Below are positions 13,470 to 27,686 of a stretch of 64,000 nt of DNA, in pieces. How positions within the stretch are numbered: the stretch's first letter is position 1; every line of letters starts with the position of its first letter. The notes below the pieces were generated by a model. It worked only from the letters and a program-made list of their open reading frames with translations. It ran no database searches and was not told where the DNA came from. Origin of the DNA: Eledone cirrhosa (taxonomy: Eukaryota); contig OZ024750.1 in NCBI GenBank assembly GCA_964016885.1, forward strand, positions 23,064,001 through 23,128,000, given 5' to 3'. Both the position numbers and the translations under genes were made by a program.

Positions 13470-13611
13470 ATAAAGTATGCAGCTTATTGTATGTAATATA
13501 CTGGTTACACCTATGTAATTTTACCTGGTCTCCCTACGCAATGCAATCTCGTAGGAGGTTTTAATGATAGGGGCCCCAGTCCTATATTTAAAAAAACAAT
13601 GTCAAATGAAG

Positions 13612-13920
13612 TTGCTTAGTGGTTAGGATGTTCGACTGACGATTGTAAAGGTCGTGAGTTCGAGTCTTCCATTCCTGGACTGGGCGGCGGGTTGTGTCCT
13701 GTCATTGAGCATGGCGTTTTATGGCGTTTTATTTCACTCCCCTGGTAAAAATGATTTGTACTTGTCATTTGAAGAGAGACCTATATTACCATACTTTGGG
13801 CCGCGTTGAGGGCGCACGCGTCTGTGGAATGTTCGACTACACACACGTTAATTTCACGGTCAGGCTGCTCAGTTGATCGAATCAACGGGAGCACTGGTCG
13901 TCGAAGCCGACGAATATCCA
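13612..13920 (+). mobile_element. tRNA-derived CORE-type SINE (family C), diverged
   Basis: GCTTAGTGGTTAGG A box, GAGTTCGAGTC B box, TGTGTCC..TTGAGCA core-like segment. Related copies at ~19060, ~26000-26290 (-), ~57890, ~59260. Confidence 0.7.
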
Positions 13921-14591
13921 ACAGCAAAATAGCTTATTATTACTATTAATTGTTCTATTTTAGGCACAAGGTCAACATATTTAGTTGGAATGTTGCAGTG
14001 GACCTATTTGGGTAATAGACTTAATCCAGCGGTCGATTTAACACTACCACCTGGCTCTTCTGTATTTTAAGCGGAGTGGACATTACTGCAACCAGCCGGA
14101 TCAGGGCTCCGGTTTGAACCTTCCTTCGCACCAATCTTGGGGGACGTTGAAAGGATCATAGATACTGGCCTTTCCTCTCAGACTAAACAGCAAAATAAAT
14201 AAATAAATAAACCAAACCTCTAAATCAACAGGTTTGTACTGCACCTATACACTCCCTGCTGAGTCAAAAGTCGAAACACTAATGTTGTTAATACAATAAG
14301 GTTATTTAACTTAGCTTTGTATCTAACAATGGCGTCTATGTTCACACTGAAACTTGCTTATAAACCGTGGGAAACCATCGTAGACTGTTTTGTCTTAAGA
14401 AAAAAGGAATAATTTATTGGGAATAAAGCTTTGAAGTGTGAATATCTGAACCATTGCTTGAGTAATGGTGAACCTAGGCGAGGCTGTGGTACATGTAATA
14501 TATTGCTGAATAAAGTAAATGAACCATCGTCTGTTTTGATGAGGGTTGTTCCAGTTGTTCGATCAACGGAACAGCCTACTCGTTAAATTAA

Positions 14592-14937
14592 CCCCTTTCC
14601 TTACCATATTTCCAATGAAAGACGCTGCCTGTGATTTTCAAATTATTTTGAAAATAATGAAGAAGTTCGAGGGATTTAGTTATATAATTTATTATTAAGC
14701 TGGTATTTGGAACTTAATTTTTAAAAAATGGTTCTTATATAAAATTATGATGGAAGATTTTTAGATAATTGTTTCTACTTTTGGCACAAGGCCAGCAATT
14801 ATCCCAGTGCATTACTGGTACTTTATCTTATCGACCCCGTAAGGATGAAAGGCGGGATTTGAAGTATAATATAAACATTTAGAAACAGTTTTGTAACGAA
14901 GAACCAGTAATGGTCTCAGGCGGTTGGTTTCAAAGGG
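14592..14937. mobile_element. piggyBac-like MITE with nested SINE A fragment (14765-14862, -)
   Basis: TTAA|CCCCTTTC ... CAAAGGG|TTAA, i.e. TTAA TSD and CCC termini. Related sequence at ~53665-53820. Confidence 0.65.
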
Positions 14938-15101
14938 TTAACAAAGGTTCTTATATAAAATTATCATGGAAGGTGTTTAGATAAATATAAACACTTTGAA
15001 ATAAACAGCTTTGTATAGTAAAACCCTAGGCGGACTGTTATCAAAACAGTTAAAGTGTAAGTGTATTTCATAGGCGCGTGTACCATTAACGTAATTCCCA
15101 A

Positions 15102-15440
15102 ATACATAGGTCTGTCTGGTCCATCAGGTTTGACCTGGGGCTATATTGGGCTGATGTAATCTCTAATAGACAGTAAGACATGTTGGACACGGCTGGAAGG
15201 CATTTGATCATACATAAGCCTGTATGGTCAATCAGGTTTGACCTAGGGCTATATTAGACTGATGTAACCTCTAATAGACAGTTAGACATATTGGTCACGG
15301 CTGGAAGGTGTTTGATCATACATAAGTCTGTCTGGTCCATCAAGTTTGACCTGGGGCTATATTGGGCTGATGTAATCTCTGATAGACATTAAGACATGTT
15401 GGTCATGGCTGGAAGGTGTTTGATTAGATTTGGCCTGGGG
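15102..15440. repeat. Tandem repeat ~108 bp x 3
   Basis: CATACATAAG.CTGT.TGGTC.ATCA.GTTTGACCT recurs at ~15102, 15209 and 15317. Confidence 0.85.
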
Positions 15441-15551
15441 ATATTTATATCCGACACTGCAGTCATTGGTGTACAAAGAAACACAGGATTGTTACAGCCA
15501 GAACATCTTTCACCAAACACAAATCTGCTCGATTAAAGTTGATCTGGGGCG

Positions 15552-15611
<60 letters not shown>

Positions 15612-15710
15612 CGACGACGACGACAACAGCCACCACCGACGCCACCACCACCACCTTGTAAATCGATAGAAAAAGTTAGAGAAATCAATGTAGAAGACTA
15701 ATTATTATTA

Positions 15711-15903
15711 GCGGTGAATTGGCAGTATCGGTAGAGGGATGGACGCCATGCTTTCTAGCATAGTTACGTCCCTTTACGGTCTGAGTTCAAATCCCGTCGA
15801 GGTTAACTTTGCCTTTCATCCTTACGGGGTCGATAAAATAAAGTACCAGTAATACACTGGGTAATTGGTGGCCTTGTGCCTAAAGTAGAAACAATTATTA
15901 TTA
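15711..15903 (+). mobile_element. Family A SINE
   Basis: Full A box, B box, body and (ATT)n tail. Confidence 0.9.
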
Positions 15904-15906
15904 TAG

Positions 15907-16232
15907 TGAAGAGGAAAATCAGGATGGAGAGGCAAGTGCTGTCTTGTAGTAAGCTTGTTGAAAGCTGGGTGAAAGTGGCGTGTCTGGTCCAAGTGAAGGG
16001 GCCCGCCTTGAGTATGCGCCTGTAGACTGAAAAGTGGGAAAACTGAGAGAGGGCGCTTGCCCAGGTGGTCAGGGTGGCCGTAGTCTTTTGTGTGGTTTTC
16101 CCCACGAGTGACCCTCGGAGGTTTCCCCCCTTTTTGGGGAATTTTTGTTGTTTGAATTTTTTAAAATTTCTATCCCGATTTCCATCTTGTTTACACGGCC
16201 TAAACCTACTTTGTATCGTCCGGTACCAAAAC
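15907..16232 (+). mobile_element. 3' end of Tx1/L1-like LINE (divergent subfamily)
   Basis: KRKIRMERQVLSCSKLVESWVKVA...*, homologous to the ORF end at 40610-40728. Confidence 0.6.
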
Positions 16233-16313
16233 ACTCACACACACACGCATACCACACACTCACACATTCAGAGATACATAGATACACCAAAACAGTCACA
16301 AGCACATACACAC

Positions 16314-16360
<47 letters not shown>

Positions 16361-16735
16361 CTCTCTCTCACACACACCACACACACATATACCACACACA
16401 CACACAAACTTCATTTTCCTGGATGAAACAAAACTCCAGCCAGCTGTCATACAAACAACTTTGCTAGATTACTAATATACACAAAATTACCAATAACCTC
16501 CACCAACGACAACCGCAGCAACAATAACAACAACAACAACTATCGCCACCACGGACACCATTATTCCCTCCCACCCCACCGTCACCACAAACCACCACAA
16601 TCATCAACAAACGACTGCGTTGACATGGTCAATATTTTACAAGTTGGCGCCCTGTGAAACACTTACAGACCAGTTTCCGGGGAAACAGAGAAGAAAGGGG
16701 GGGGGGGAGATAGGGGGACAACGTGAGAAGGGGAT

Positions 16736-16768
<33 letters not shown>

Positions 16769-16837
16769 GGTTGTCTCACAACAGTTAGTTCACCATTCTG
16801 AGAACAAATGTTTCACCTTATGTGGATCCTCAACTCT

Positions 16838-16903
<66 letters not shown>

Positions 16904-16918
16904 CAGAGAGAGAGATAG

Positions 16919-16949
<31 letters not shown>

Positions 16950-17079
16950 GAGAGGTGCGGGTGAAATCTATAATAATCCTTTTAGCAGGTCACCATTATT
17001 ATTCTGGGATCTACAGCCACAGAAAGGAAAATCGATAAACATGTTTAGCTATATCAATATCAAAGCACACACACACACA

Positions 17080-17109
17080 TATGTATATATATATATATAT
17101 ATATATACA

Positions 17110-17151
<42 letters not shown>

Positions 17152-17239
17152 TATATTATATATATATATATACAGTATATTATATATATATATACAGTAT
17201 ATTATATATATATATACAGTATATATATATATATATATA

Positions 17240-17285
<46 letters not shown>

Positions 17286-17304
17286 TATATTATATATACA
17301 TACA

Positions 17305-17346
<42 letters not shown>

Positions 17347-17351
17347 TATAT

Positions 17352-17387
<36 letters not shown>

Positions 17388-17504
17388 CAGTATATTATAT
17401 ATATATATACAGTATATTATATATATATATATACAGTATATTATATATATATATATACAGTATATTATATATATATATATACAGTATATATATATATATA
17501 TATA

Positions 17505-17542
<38 letters not shown>

Positions 17543-17630
17543 TATATATATATATATACAGTATATTATATATACATACAGTATATATATATACATACAG
17601 TATATATATATATATATATATACAGTATAT

Positions 17631-17668
<38 letters not shown>

Positions 17669-17745
17669 CAGTATATTATATATATATATATATATAGTAT
17701 ATATATATATATATATATATATAGTATATATATATATATATATAA
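17080..17745. repeat. Compound (TA)n / TACAGTATAT minisatellite
   Basis: Read directly. Confidence 0.95.
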
Positions 17746-18018
17746 TAACGGGGCTTCAAATCAGCAGATTCTTTACAACGTCGGATAGAATTTGTGGTAT
17801 TCAAAGTATCTGCGATCTGAGATCAAATCCTGCCGAGGTCGATAAAAAGTCCCAGTCCAGTACTGGGGTCGATTCTTCTGCATATCTCGTTTTCATTTGC
17901 TCTCTATCACTCTGATTCTCTAGAAGAAATCGTCTGTGCTCAGATCTAAAGAGAGGTTGGCCAAGACAGACAAACGCCCCTGCGACATCATCCGGCGTTA
18001 CTGATCCACACAAACATA

Positions 18019-18208
18019 TAATTGTTTCTACTTTTGGCACAAGGCCAGCAATTACCCCAGTGCATTACTGGTACTTTATTTTATCGACCCCCGTAAGGAT
18101 GAAAGGCAAAGTTAACCTCGGCGGGATTTGAACTCAGATCATAAAGGGACATAACTATGCTAGAAAGCATGGCGTCTGACCCTCTACCGATACTGCCAAT
18201 TCACCACC
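18019..18208 (-). mobile_element. Family A SINE
   Basis: Reverse complement of the consensus, full length. Confidence 0.9.
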
Positions 18209-18701
18209 CTACATATTTCATAATTCACCCAAACATATAATGCAATCTATTCAGGTGCTACACAAAATCTCTATGAATATATGAATAATTTGTTATTGTT
18301 TTATTGATTTCAGTCATTATACAGCGGCCATGTTGTGTAATACACCGTCTGAAAGGGATTTAGTCTATCATATAAACCCCAGTACGTATTTTAACGACCA
18401 TATTGATAAACATAGACACATACACATTCGTATATATATATATATATATGTAGGAGGTGAGTTTTATTGTAGTACAATAAAGCAATGCAGATATCGGATA
18501 AGAAGCACTCTACAGTTTGTAGGACTGGAGTATACATGATATAAGATCAACTGCACTATCCACAAGTGTTTTTTAGCCTTCATATCATGTTCTCCTGTTT
18601 TATCTGATGAAAACACAAATATTATTGCATGATGATGTTTGTTTTTGAAATGCGCATAATAAAATACATGGAACTCCTTTAACCATCTTTTGATCTTATA
18701 T

Positions 18702-18744
<43 letters not shown>

Positions 18745-19244
18745 GGTGTTAAAGTTTGCTTGAAGCATTGTGAAATGTGTAAAATACGTAGTTTAGAAAG
18801 CCACAACAATGCAGAGGGAAATCTAGAGGTAGGAAGTGAATGATAGATAGGAGAAATAGGAGAAAGTGAAAATTGAGAGAGACAAAGATGAAAACAAAAC
18901 AAAGGTAGAAGGGTTACCGTAGTGGAGATTTAATCCCAATATTTCGGGCTCACGCCCATCAACGGGGGAAAGTTCCAAAGGGGGGGGGGGGGACAGGCTA
19001 AGTGGAGAAAGTTGTGATGTCGTTAAAATATATATAGATGTGTGTGTGTGTGCGTGTGTGTGCATGGCTTATTGGTTAGGGTGTTCGGCTGACGACCATA
19101 AGTTCCATTCCTGGAGTGAGCGGCGCGTTGTACCCTTGAGCAAGACGCTTTATTTTACGAGCAGGCAGTTCTATTAATTGAATCAGCTGGAACACTCGTC
19201 CTTGGAAAGTCAACACACACACACACACACATTGTATGTATGGA

Positions 19245-19295
<51 letters not shown>

Positions 19296-19858
19296 AAGTC
19301 TTTTTAGAATATGGTCGTTGTGTAAATTCAAAATAAATTGTATGACACGATAATGCCATACACAGTAAAATAAAGACTGGGTACATACACACACACACAC
19401 ACATACTTACATACATAATACATACATACATACTTACATACATAATACATACATACATATATACATAGATACATACATAATACTTACATACATACATATT
19501 GATTACCAACCAGTTACGTACGTTTCATAGATGATTGACACAAAGTCTATATTTGTTATAGACGCGACTCAAGCCTCAATCTGCTCATCAGGCAAGTCAA
19601 TCAAGCTAAAAACAAACTTCCGTGGGTGGTGCAGTCCATGGCTGGTTTACACACGCAGAAATGTAGGTCTGGAGTTGATTTAACGGGGTTTTATAGGAGA
19701 TTTACGGTGTTTTCTGAGTTTTGTTTAGGGGATAAGGCAACCAACGATCTTATTTACACACACACACACACACACACAACATATATAGATATATATATAC
19801 AGAGAGAGAGAGAGAGAGGGGGATAGATAGACATATATATCTCTACAAGCATATACAC

Positions 19859-19923
<65 letters not shown>

Positions 19924-20611
19924 AAAGTTTTATTTAAAATTGTTGGGTTACAACGAGTAAATATTTTATAACTGATATAAAAGCACTCAACAGTTTCTGG
20001 AGTAGGTTTACGATATTAAACAAATGGAAACTATATTTATAAAATAAAATTATTTATAAAACAGCTTATGTATTGTATTTTGTCTGAGGAAGGCATACCA
20101 TATTTTTAATATGATATCCCAGAAATATATATAACGAAATAAATATGGTTTTATAAATATAGTTTCCATTTGTTTAATATCGTATATATATATATATATA
20201 TATATATTTACATGTACAGCATCTATGGAGATATAAGTCAAGGACCTCTCACCAGTTTCAAGTTCAATGACTCATGTTTCACCTGTCAGTCAGATTTACA
20301 GAAAGATTGCTAAGACATTGTTTGATCAATGAGGAAACCAGTGGTCGCACTGCCTGCCTGAAATAGCCACCAAATTTCCCTCAAATTATACGCGTTTATA
20401 ATGACCACTTATTTATAAAGACCAAAATATATTAGATTAGAGATTCCAAACCGATGTAGCTCGGGTCGGTACAGTTTGCCTATAATGGGTTAAATTGACT
20501 AATTCTGGATTTGTACATAAGTTAAAAACAATTGACTGTATTTGGTCTTAGTACCAGTCAGTATCTGTTCACTATTAGTTGTACACATTTTACATCAGGT
20601 CTAGGCTTGGT

Positions 20612-21216
20612 ATAAGCTTTGGAGAGACCCACGTTTGACATCTGGCCTGCGCCTATAACCAGTTTTGTTAGCCTACATTTCACATCTTGCTTGGGTCTGT
20701 TACCAGCTTTGGAGAGGCCTCCATTTCACATCTTGCTTGGGTCTATTACTAGCTTTGGAGAGGCCTCCATTTCACATCTTGCTTGGGTCTATTACCAGCT
20801 TTGGAGAGGCCTCCATTTCACATCTTGCTTGGGTCTATTGCCAGCTTTGGAGAGGCCTCCATTTCACATCTTGCTTGGGTCTATTACCAGCTTTGGAAGG
20901 GCCTCCATTTCACATCTTGCTTGGATCTATTACTAGCTTTGGAGAGGCCTCCATTTCACATCTTGCTTGGATCTATTAGCAGCTTTGGAGAGGCCTCCAT
21001 TTCACATCTTGCTTGGATCTATTAGCAGCTTTGGAATGCCTCCATTTCACATCTTGCCTGAGTCTATTACCAGCTTTGGAAGGGCCTACATTACACATCT
21101 TGCCTGAGTCTATTACCAGCTTTGGAAGGGCCTACATTACACATCTTGCCTGAGTCTATTACCAGCTTTGGAAGGGCCTACATTACACATCTTGCCTGGG
21201 TCTATTGCCAGCTTTG
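20612..21216. repeat. 46-bp minisatellite x ~13
   Basis: Unit CCAGCTTTGGAGAGGCCTCCATTTCACATCTTGCTTGGGTCTATTA; edge copies degenerate. Confidence 0.95.
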
Positions 21217-21400
21217 ACACCTGTGGAGAACCAGTGGTGACATCTGTTGGAGTTGTTTCAGTTGAAAGCCACAGTAAAAATATGTGTGTCTATGTACACA
21301 CATACACACAAACACACACGCAGAGAGAGAGAGAGAGAGGGAGAGAGTGAGAGAGAGAGAGAGAGTGTGAGAGAGAGAATGAGAAGGAGAGATTGAGAGG

Positions 21401-21431
<31 letters not shown>

Positions 21432-21790
21432 CGAGACAGAGAAATATTGTTATAGATTGTCTTGTTATAGTATTGATCTTAAGCTACACTCTTTGTTATG
21501 AATATAATTACATTGTATTCGAGCGTGTGTGTGTGTGCGTTTGTAAGTGTCTAGGCGTATCTGAGTGTGTGTGCGTGTGTTTGTAAGTGTCTCGGTGTAT
21601 CTGAGTGAGTGTGTGTATGTGTGTGTGTTTATAAGTGTGTAGGTGTATCTGTGTGCGCGCAGGTGTGTGGAAATGTACCCAGGTGTCTGCGCATGCGTGT
21701 GTATGTGTTTTTTTTTACGTATATGTTCATGTATGCGTGTGTGAATGTATGTGTTAGTATACGTATGGATATATATATATATATGCACAT

Positions 21791-21876
<86 letters not shown>

Positions 21877-21985
21877 GCTTTGAAGATCTAATATTTGAAT
21901 TGCTTGCATATAATTTGTATAAACAAAATCAAAATTCCATATCTTCCCCACCCCGGTCCTCATTAATGTATGCGCGCGCGCGCGC

Positions 21986-22033
<48 letters not shown>

Positions 22034-22230
22034 GTGTGTGAGTATGTGTGTGAGTATGTGTGTGATAGAGAATGTGTGCGTGTATGTAGAGAGAAGGGGG
22101 TATGGAGAGAGAGAAGGGGGTATGGAGAGAGAGAGAAGGGGGTATGGAGAGAGTGAGACTGTTCTCCCACTTATATTCTCTTTCAGATTCCTCCTCCTTT
22201 TCCTCTTTAATCTACATAACACGATTCCAA

Positions 22231-22262
<32 letters not shown>

Positions 22263-22349
22263 TGTGAGTGCGTGTAATGTGTGTATGTATGTATGTGTGT
22301 GTGTATGTGTGAGTGTGTATGTGTGTATGTGTATATGTGTGAGTGTGTA

Positions 22350-22386
<37 letters not shown>

Positions 22387-22720
22387 ATGTGTGTATGTGT
22401 GTGTGTGTGTCGTTGCTCTATATCATGGTGGAACAGCTACGTTTTGTGGAGGCCCCCTTTTGAATCGGTTAGTTTAGCCTATAACCCACATACCAATCAT
22501 ATGTTATATATAAATGGTGCGGGGTCCTACAGGAAACACCTCAATGTACCACTTGTTGATCCTCGGCGTAAACTGAACTCGATTAGCGACGGATTAAGTC
22601 TACCTACCACCCAAATAAGCAACAGCCGGATTTGAACTCAGAATGCAAAGAGTCGGAACAAATACCAAGAAGCATTTTGTTCGACTCTTTCACTAACCAC
22701 TCCTCCACTTCACCACTCTT

Positions 22721-23050
22721 AATAATGGTTTCTACTTTAGGCACAAGGTCAGCAATTTGAAGGGGAGGGTAAAGTCGAATAATCGACGCCAGTGCGTGAC
22801 TGGTACTTTATTTTATCGACCCCGTAAGGATGAAAGGCAAAGTTAAACTCGGCGGGATTTGAACTCAACCATCAAGTAATAATAACAATATTTTACGTTC
22901 TGAGTTCAAATCCCGCCGAGGTTAGCTTTGCCTTTCATCCTTAGGGGGTAGATAAATAAAGCACCAGTAATGTGCTGGGGTCGATTTAATCGACTTTCCC
23001 TTCCCCCAAACATTTCTGGTCTTGTGCCTAAATCAGAAACAATTGTTATT
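22721..23050. mobile_element. Closely spaced inverted pair of 5'-truncated family A SINEs (22721-22867 -, 22891-23050 +)
   Basis: Both are truncated near the B box and lie about 25 bp apart. Confidence 0.88.
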
Positions 23051-25093
23051 ATATGAAATGACTAAAGTTTATGTTCTATGGAGTGTAACATTTAAATAAA
23101 GTCAAAACAAACACTATGATGATTATGTCCATGATTAGTTAGTGATTTTGTTAAAGAGGTGTTGGCGCTTTTGTTTAATTAAATGTTACATTAATGAAAC
23201 AATTACGCCAGTCAACCCACTGAAACCAATATTGAATTAGATGAAATCTTTAATTACTGGTTAAAGTTATCGCTAATTAGTGAAAAGGGCAAACTGTAAT
23301 TTGAGAAATAATAATGGCTTCTCTAGTTTACAAAGTTCGTTGTTTTTAATACAATCTTCCAAACTTTATTAGAAACAAAGAGAGCGGCGGTGGGGGGGGG
23401 GGGGTATGCTGTCGTGTTGGATAAACAAGTGAATTAACTAACAATAACACTAACGCAGAGTGATTCACAATAGAGGTATATATTGAAGTATATACAATAT
23501 GTTAATGTCTAATAAACATATATAGGTCTCATTGTGGGTATTTTAAATCGTGATCATGTCGCATCTACCTCAGTAGCCATGTAAGAACACCAAATACTAG
23601 TATTTCAGGATCTGTATCCATCATCTGTGAGGTTTCCTCAACTCACACGGTAATGAGGTAGATAAGGAGATAGCTTATACTAGATAAGGAGATAGCTTAT
23701 ACAACAATTTTTGCAAATAATACATTCATGGTAATGCTTAATGCATATAGTTTGTGCTTGACGGGTTTGTATTAATTACCAGTAGAACTAACATTTTGCA
23801 AGCCACAACAAGAATGTTTTCAAGGCAGCAGGGAGAGAAGGGAGATCCTCACAAAATACAAGGGAACTACAAGGTTTCTTTACAAGTGGGTCGAGGTGGA
23901 AACACCATATATTCAGTCTCATCCTTGACTCCAAGAGAGCCGCGTGCGATGTACCGGTTGAATTCCCTTATCACAAGCCCTGCCCATTTAATCCGAGGGT
24001 GTCTGAGTAAATGCCTTTCCGGATCACTACGTTCTGAGTTCAAATCTCACCAGGGTCGAATTTTTATCTTGTTTAGAGTCGATAAATAAAGTACCAGTCT
24101 AGGGATGGTGGATTGGTGGAATTGTTAAAGAGTTGGATTGGATATTTTATGGTATCTGATCCGGCTCTGTGACCATGAGAGAGTATCAGCAACGAAAAGA
24201 CCATCGTTTACTTGGTCCAATCTGATAATCGGTTCCTTTCCTTTTCCATGACACCCCACCAATACAAATTTATTCAATTTCTTAAACCTCCCTAAATAAT
24301 CAACCAAGACCACCACCACCACCACCACCAGTGGTTTGTGGGTTGTATTTACAAAGTATTGAATATTTTAGGTGGATAAATCGAAAATATAAAAGAAATA
24401 TTAGCTTTGCCATGGTTTACATGTGAAGAGTATTGATTCACATATTCTGGATTCAATAAACACTAAATTTACAGCAGGATTGGAGAATATTGTTGCCTTA
24501 TTGTCGAGTCACATTAACCTTTTAAATCAAACATATTAACATGTTATATTAACATCTATTTTTATCTATTGTGGTGGATTGGCAGAAGTGTTAACGCGTT
24601 GGATAAAATGCTGGGCAGCATTTGTTTCAAATCTTTACTTTCTGAGTTCAAAACCCGTTCAAACATGTCTAGCACCGGGGTATTTAGAGCTCAAGACTAA
24701 CCCTACAATGTGCACCCCCATTCCCAGTTATACACCTCATTCTCCCAAATAAAATAATTTCAACTTACAATTTGGTAAGTTGAGGAACCTAGCTTTTAAC
24801 ACGTCTTGCTCTGACCACACTGAGCAAATTACTTAGATTGCATTTTCCACTACACAGTCCACACCTACCAACCTCAAATCCTACAACTGGTTACAACACC
24901 ACAGAACCCTTCCCACTGCTTTGGTTATTTACACAATGCTGCGGCGCAGCAAAGAATGTTAGTGATTTATTTATTGGTCACAGGAAATATTTATATATTT
25001 TATTTTATTTAATTATACAAATTTGTCTAAAGCTGCGATCCTTAGGGATTTATTAATGCAGGCACCACTCTGAGCTCAGAGCTCTTGGTGGTT

Positions 25094-25700
25094 GCCTAGT
25101 GGCCTTAATTGTAGTGTCCGCCATGGGGCCTGTGCTCTGGGCGGTTGCCTAGTTAGCCATAATAGTAGCACCGGCCCAGTGGTCTGTGTTCTAGCTGGTT
25201 GCCTAGTTAGCCATAATAGTAGCGCCGGCCCAGTGGTCTGTGTTCTAGCTGGTTGCCTAGTTAGCCATAATAGTAGCGCCGGCCCAGTGGTCTGTGTTCT
25301 AGCTGGTTGCCTAGTTAGCCATAATAGTAGCGCCGGCCCAGTGGTCTGTGTTCTAGCTGGTTGCCTAGTTAGCCATAATAGTAGCGCCGGCCCAGTGGTC
25401 TGTGTTCTAGCTGGTTGCCTAGTTAGCCATAATAGTAGCGCCGGCCCAGTGGTCTGTGTTCTAGCTGGTTGCCTAGTTAACCATAATAGTAGCGCCGGCC
25501 CAGTGGTCTGTGTTCTAGCTGGTTGCCTAGTTAGCCATAATAGTAGCGCCGGTCCTGGGGTCTATGTTCTAGTTGGTTGCCTAGTTAGCCATAATAGTAG
25601 CGCCGGCCCAGTGGTCTGTGTTCTAGCTGGTTGCTTAGTTAGCCATGATAGTAAAGCCGGTCCTGGGGTCTGTGTTCTAGGTGGCTACCTAGTTGGCCTT
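25094..25700. repeat. 54-bp minisatellite x ~11
   Basis: Unit GCCTAGTTAGCCATAATAGTAGCGCCGGCCCAGTGGTCTGTGTTCTAGCTGGTT. Confidence 0.95.
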
Positions 25701-27121
25701 GATGTTAGCACCAGTCCTTTATGAACCTGGAAAGTTGCAGGCCTGGGCAAGAAAGATTGCTTTTGTTGGTTTTATTTTTCATGGATGAACAGCAGTCACC
25801 GATGCATGCAACGTTTCCCATCTCAACGTGATTGATGTTATCTGAATGGATGAGGGTAGGGTTGATCGATAGAGTTTGGTACCAATGTTACCTGGAAACT
25901 GCCACTATTGATTGGTCTGTATCAATCATTAGGATCTAAAATCACAACATATAAAACAGTTTGTTGTTGTTGTTGTTGTTGTTGGACTTCCGTTGGTATT
26001 GGCGATGAGTATCCCCGTTGTTCGATCAACGGAACAGCCTGCTCGTGAAATTGACCTGCAAGTGGCTGAGCATTCCACAAACACGTGTATCCTGAACATA
26101 GTTCTCAGGGAGATTTACCATGACATAGTGTATGACACTGCCGACACCGAATCATATGTAACTCTTTTTTTATCCCAATTGAATGAGCTAAAACCACGTA
26201 AAACAAAGTGTCCCGCTCAAGAACACAACACGCCGCCGGGAATCGAACTCGGGGCGTTACAATCCTGAGCTGAACCTCCCTAACCACTAATCCACGTACT
26301 AATTTGTAAATAATGGATAAACATCTTTATTGTATGTGGTGGTGGGGGTTAATAAAAGGTGATTATATCGTTGTTGTCCTTGTCCTTTCTGCTGCTGTTG
26401 TTTAGGCACACGTGAAACCTGAACCAGCAGGCCTATAAGAAGGGGATTCAGCTGGTACCTCAGTCCCGGGATTGTGGAGTCAAAGATTAAGAGGGTCAAT
26501 ATCTGATGCCACCACCCCATTTTTAAATGAACGCATCCCCTCCCCTAGATTTCCAGATGATCTCTCCCCCTTCACCCACATACATACATACATACATACG
26601 GTGTAAATTACCAATTGGAAGGGGCTTTGTTACAGTTGCGAACCCTCTTGTACTGATGACTATCGTGGCGGTTGATGGCCAGCCAAGCTTTGCCAGTCAC
26701 TTTAATATATACTCCAGAGTTTCCTTGTTAGTTCCTCATACTCACATATATTGAAAGGATTCTGTCAACCATTTCCGCCATAGTTGACAATAATATGACA
26801 TATTTTTGTCATATCTGTAATGCGTATTGTTAACTCTTACTGCTTCAAATGACACTCTACGATATAATGGAAAGAAAAGCACTCAGTAATTGAAAGCTTC
26901 GACAAGCTCTAAGTATCCCATACATTTAAACATCGTTGTTGAAGCCGAGCAGGTATAATTATCTGGTGGATGATGTAGTAGTATCAACAGGTGTGTATAT
27001 TCCACACATATATATATATATATATATGCACTTTTCCCAGCCGACAGCTGCCGAGTGGGATATTCCGTTGTCCGACTGCTCCCTGTCCATTGTCTTTAGC
27101 TTCGTTGTTCTTTATACTCTG

Positions 27122-27321
<200 letters not shown>

Positions 27322-27386
27322 ATATATATATATATGTTATGTATATATGTATATCTCTATATATATATATATGTTATGTATATATA

Positions 27387-27422
<36 letters not shown>

Positions 27423-27483
27423 ATGTATATATATATATATATATTAAAATATAAATATTAATAAAATAGATGTCTTTTGATCA

Positions 27484-27546
27484 ATTACATTTTATTATAC
27501 ATATTTCGGATGTACAACAGTACGTCCTCATCAGACAAAATATAAT
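27484..27546 (-). ncRNA. Type I hammerhead ribozyme, mirror copy
   Basis: Exact reverse complement of 27624-27686 in the left palindrome arm. Confidence 0.78.
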
Positions 27547-27623
27547 GATACATGACATACCCTGAGATGTTAAATGGTTGATTATATCTTAACCATTTAA
27601 CATCTCAGGGTATGTCATGTATC

Positions 27624-27686
27624 ATTATATTTTGTCTGATGAGGACGTACTGTTGTACATCCGAAATATGTATAATAAAATGTAAT
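27624..27686 (+). ncRNA. Type I hammerhead ribozyme (minimal stem III)
   Basis: Stem I ATTATATTTTGT/ATAAAATGTAAT (12 bp, 2 G-U); core CTGATGA at 27636; stem II GGACGTAC-TGTT-GTACATCC; GAAA at 27663; stem III ATA-TG-TAT; AUA cleavage triplet, cut after 27674. Confidence 0.8.

Noticed and set aside
17041-17788. YI-repeat ORFs (also 27.9-28.9 kb, 61.4 kb, 63.5 kb)
   Set aside because: (TA)n artefacts.
20612-21216. Possible CRISPR-like array (also the 54-, 45-, 44- and 31-bp arrays)
   Set aside because: Head-to-tail repeats without unique spacers, no cas genes, eukaryotic context.
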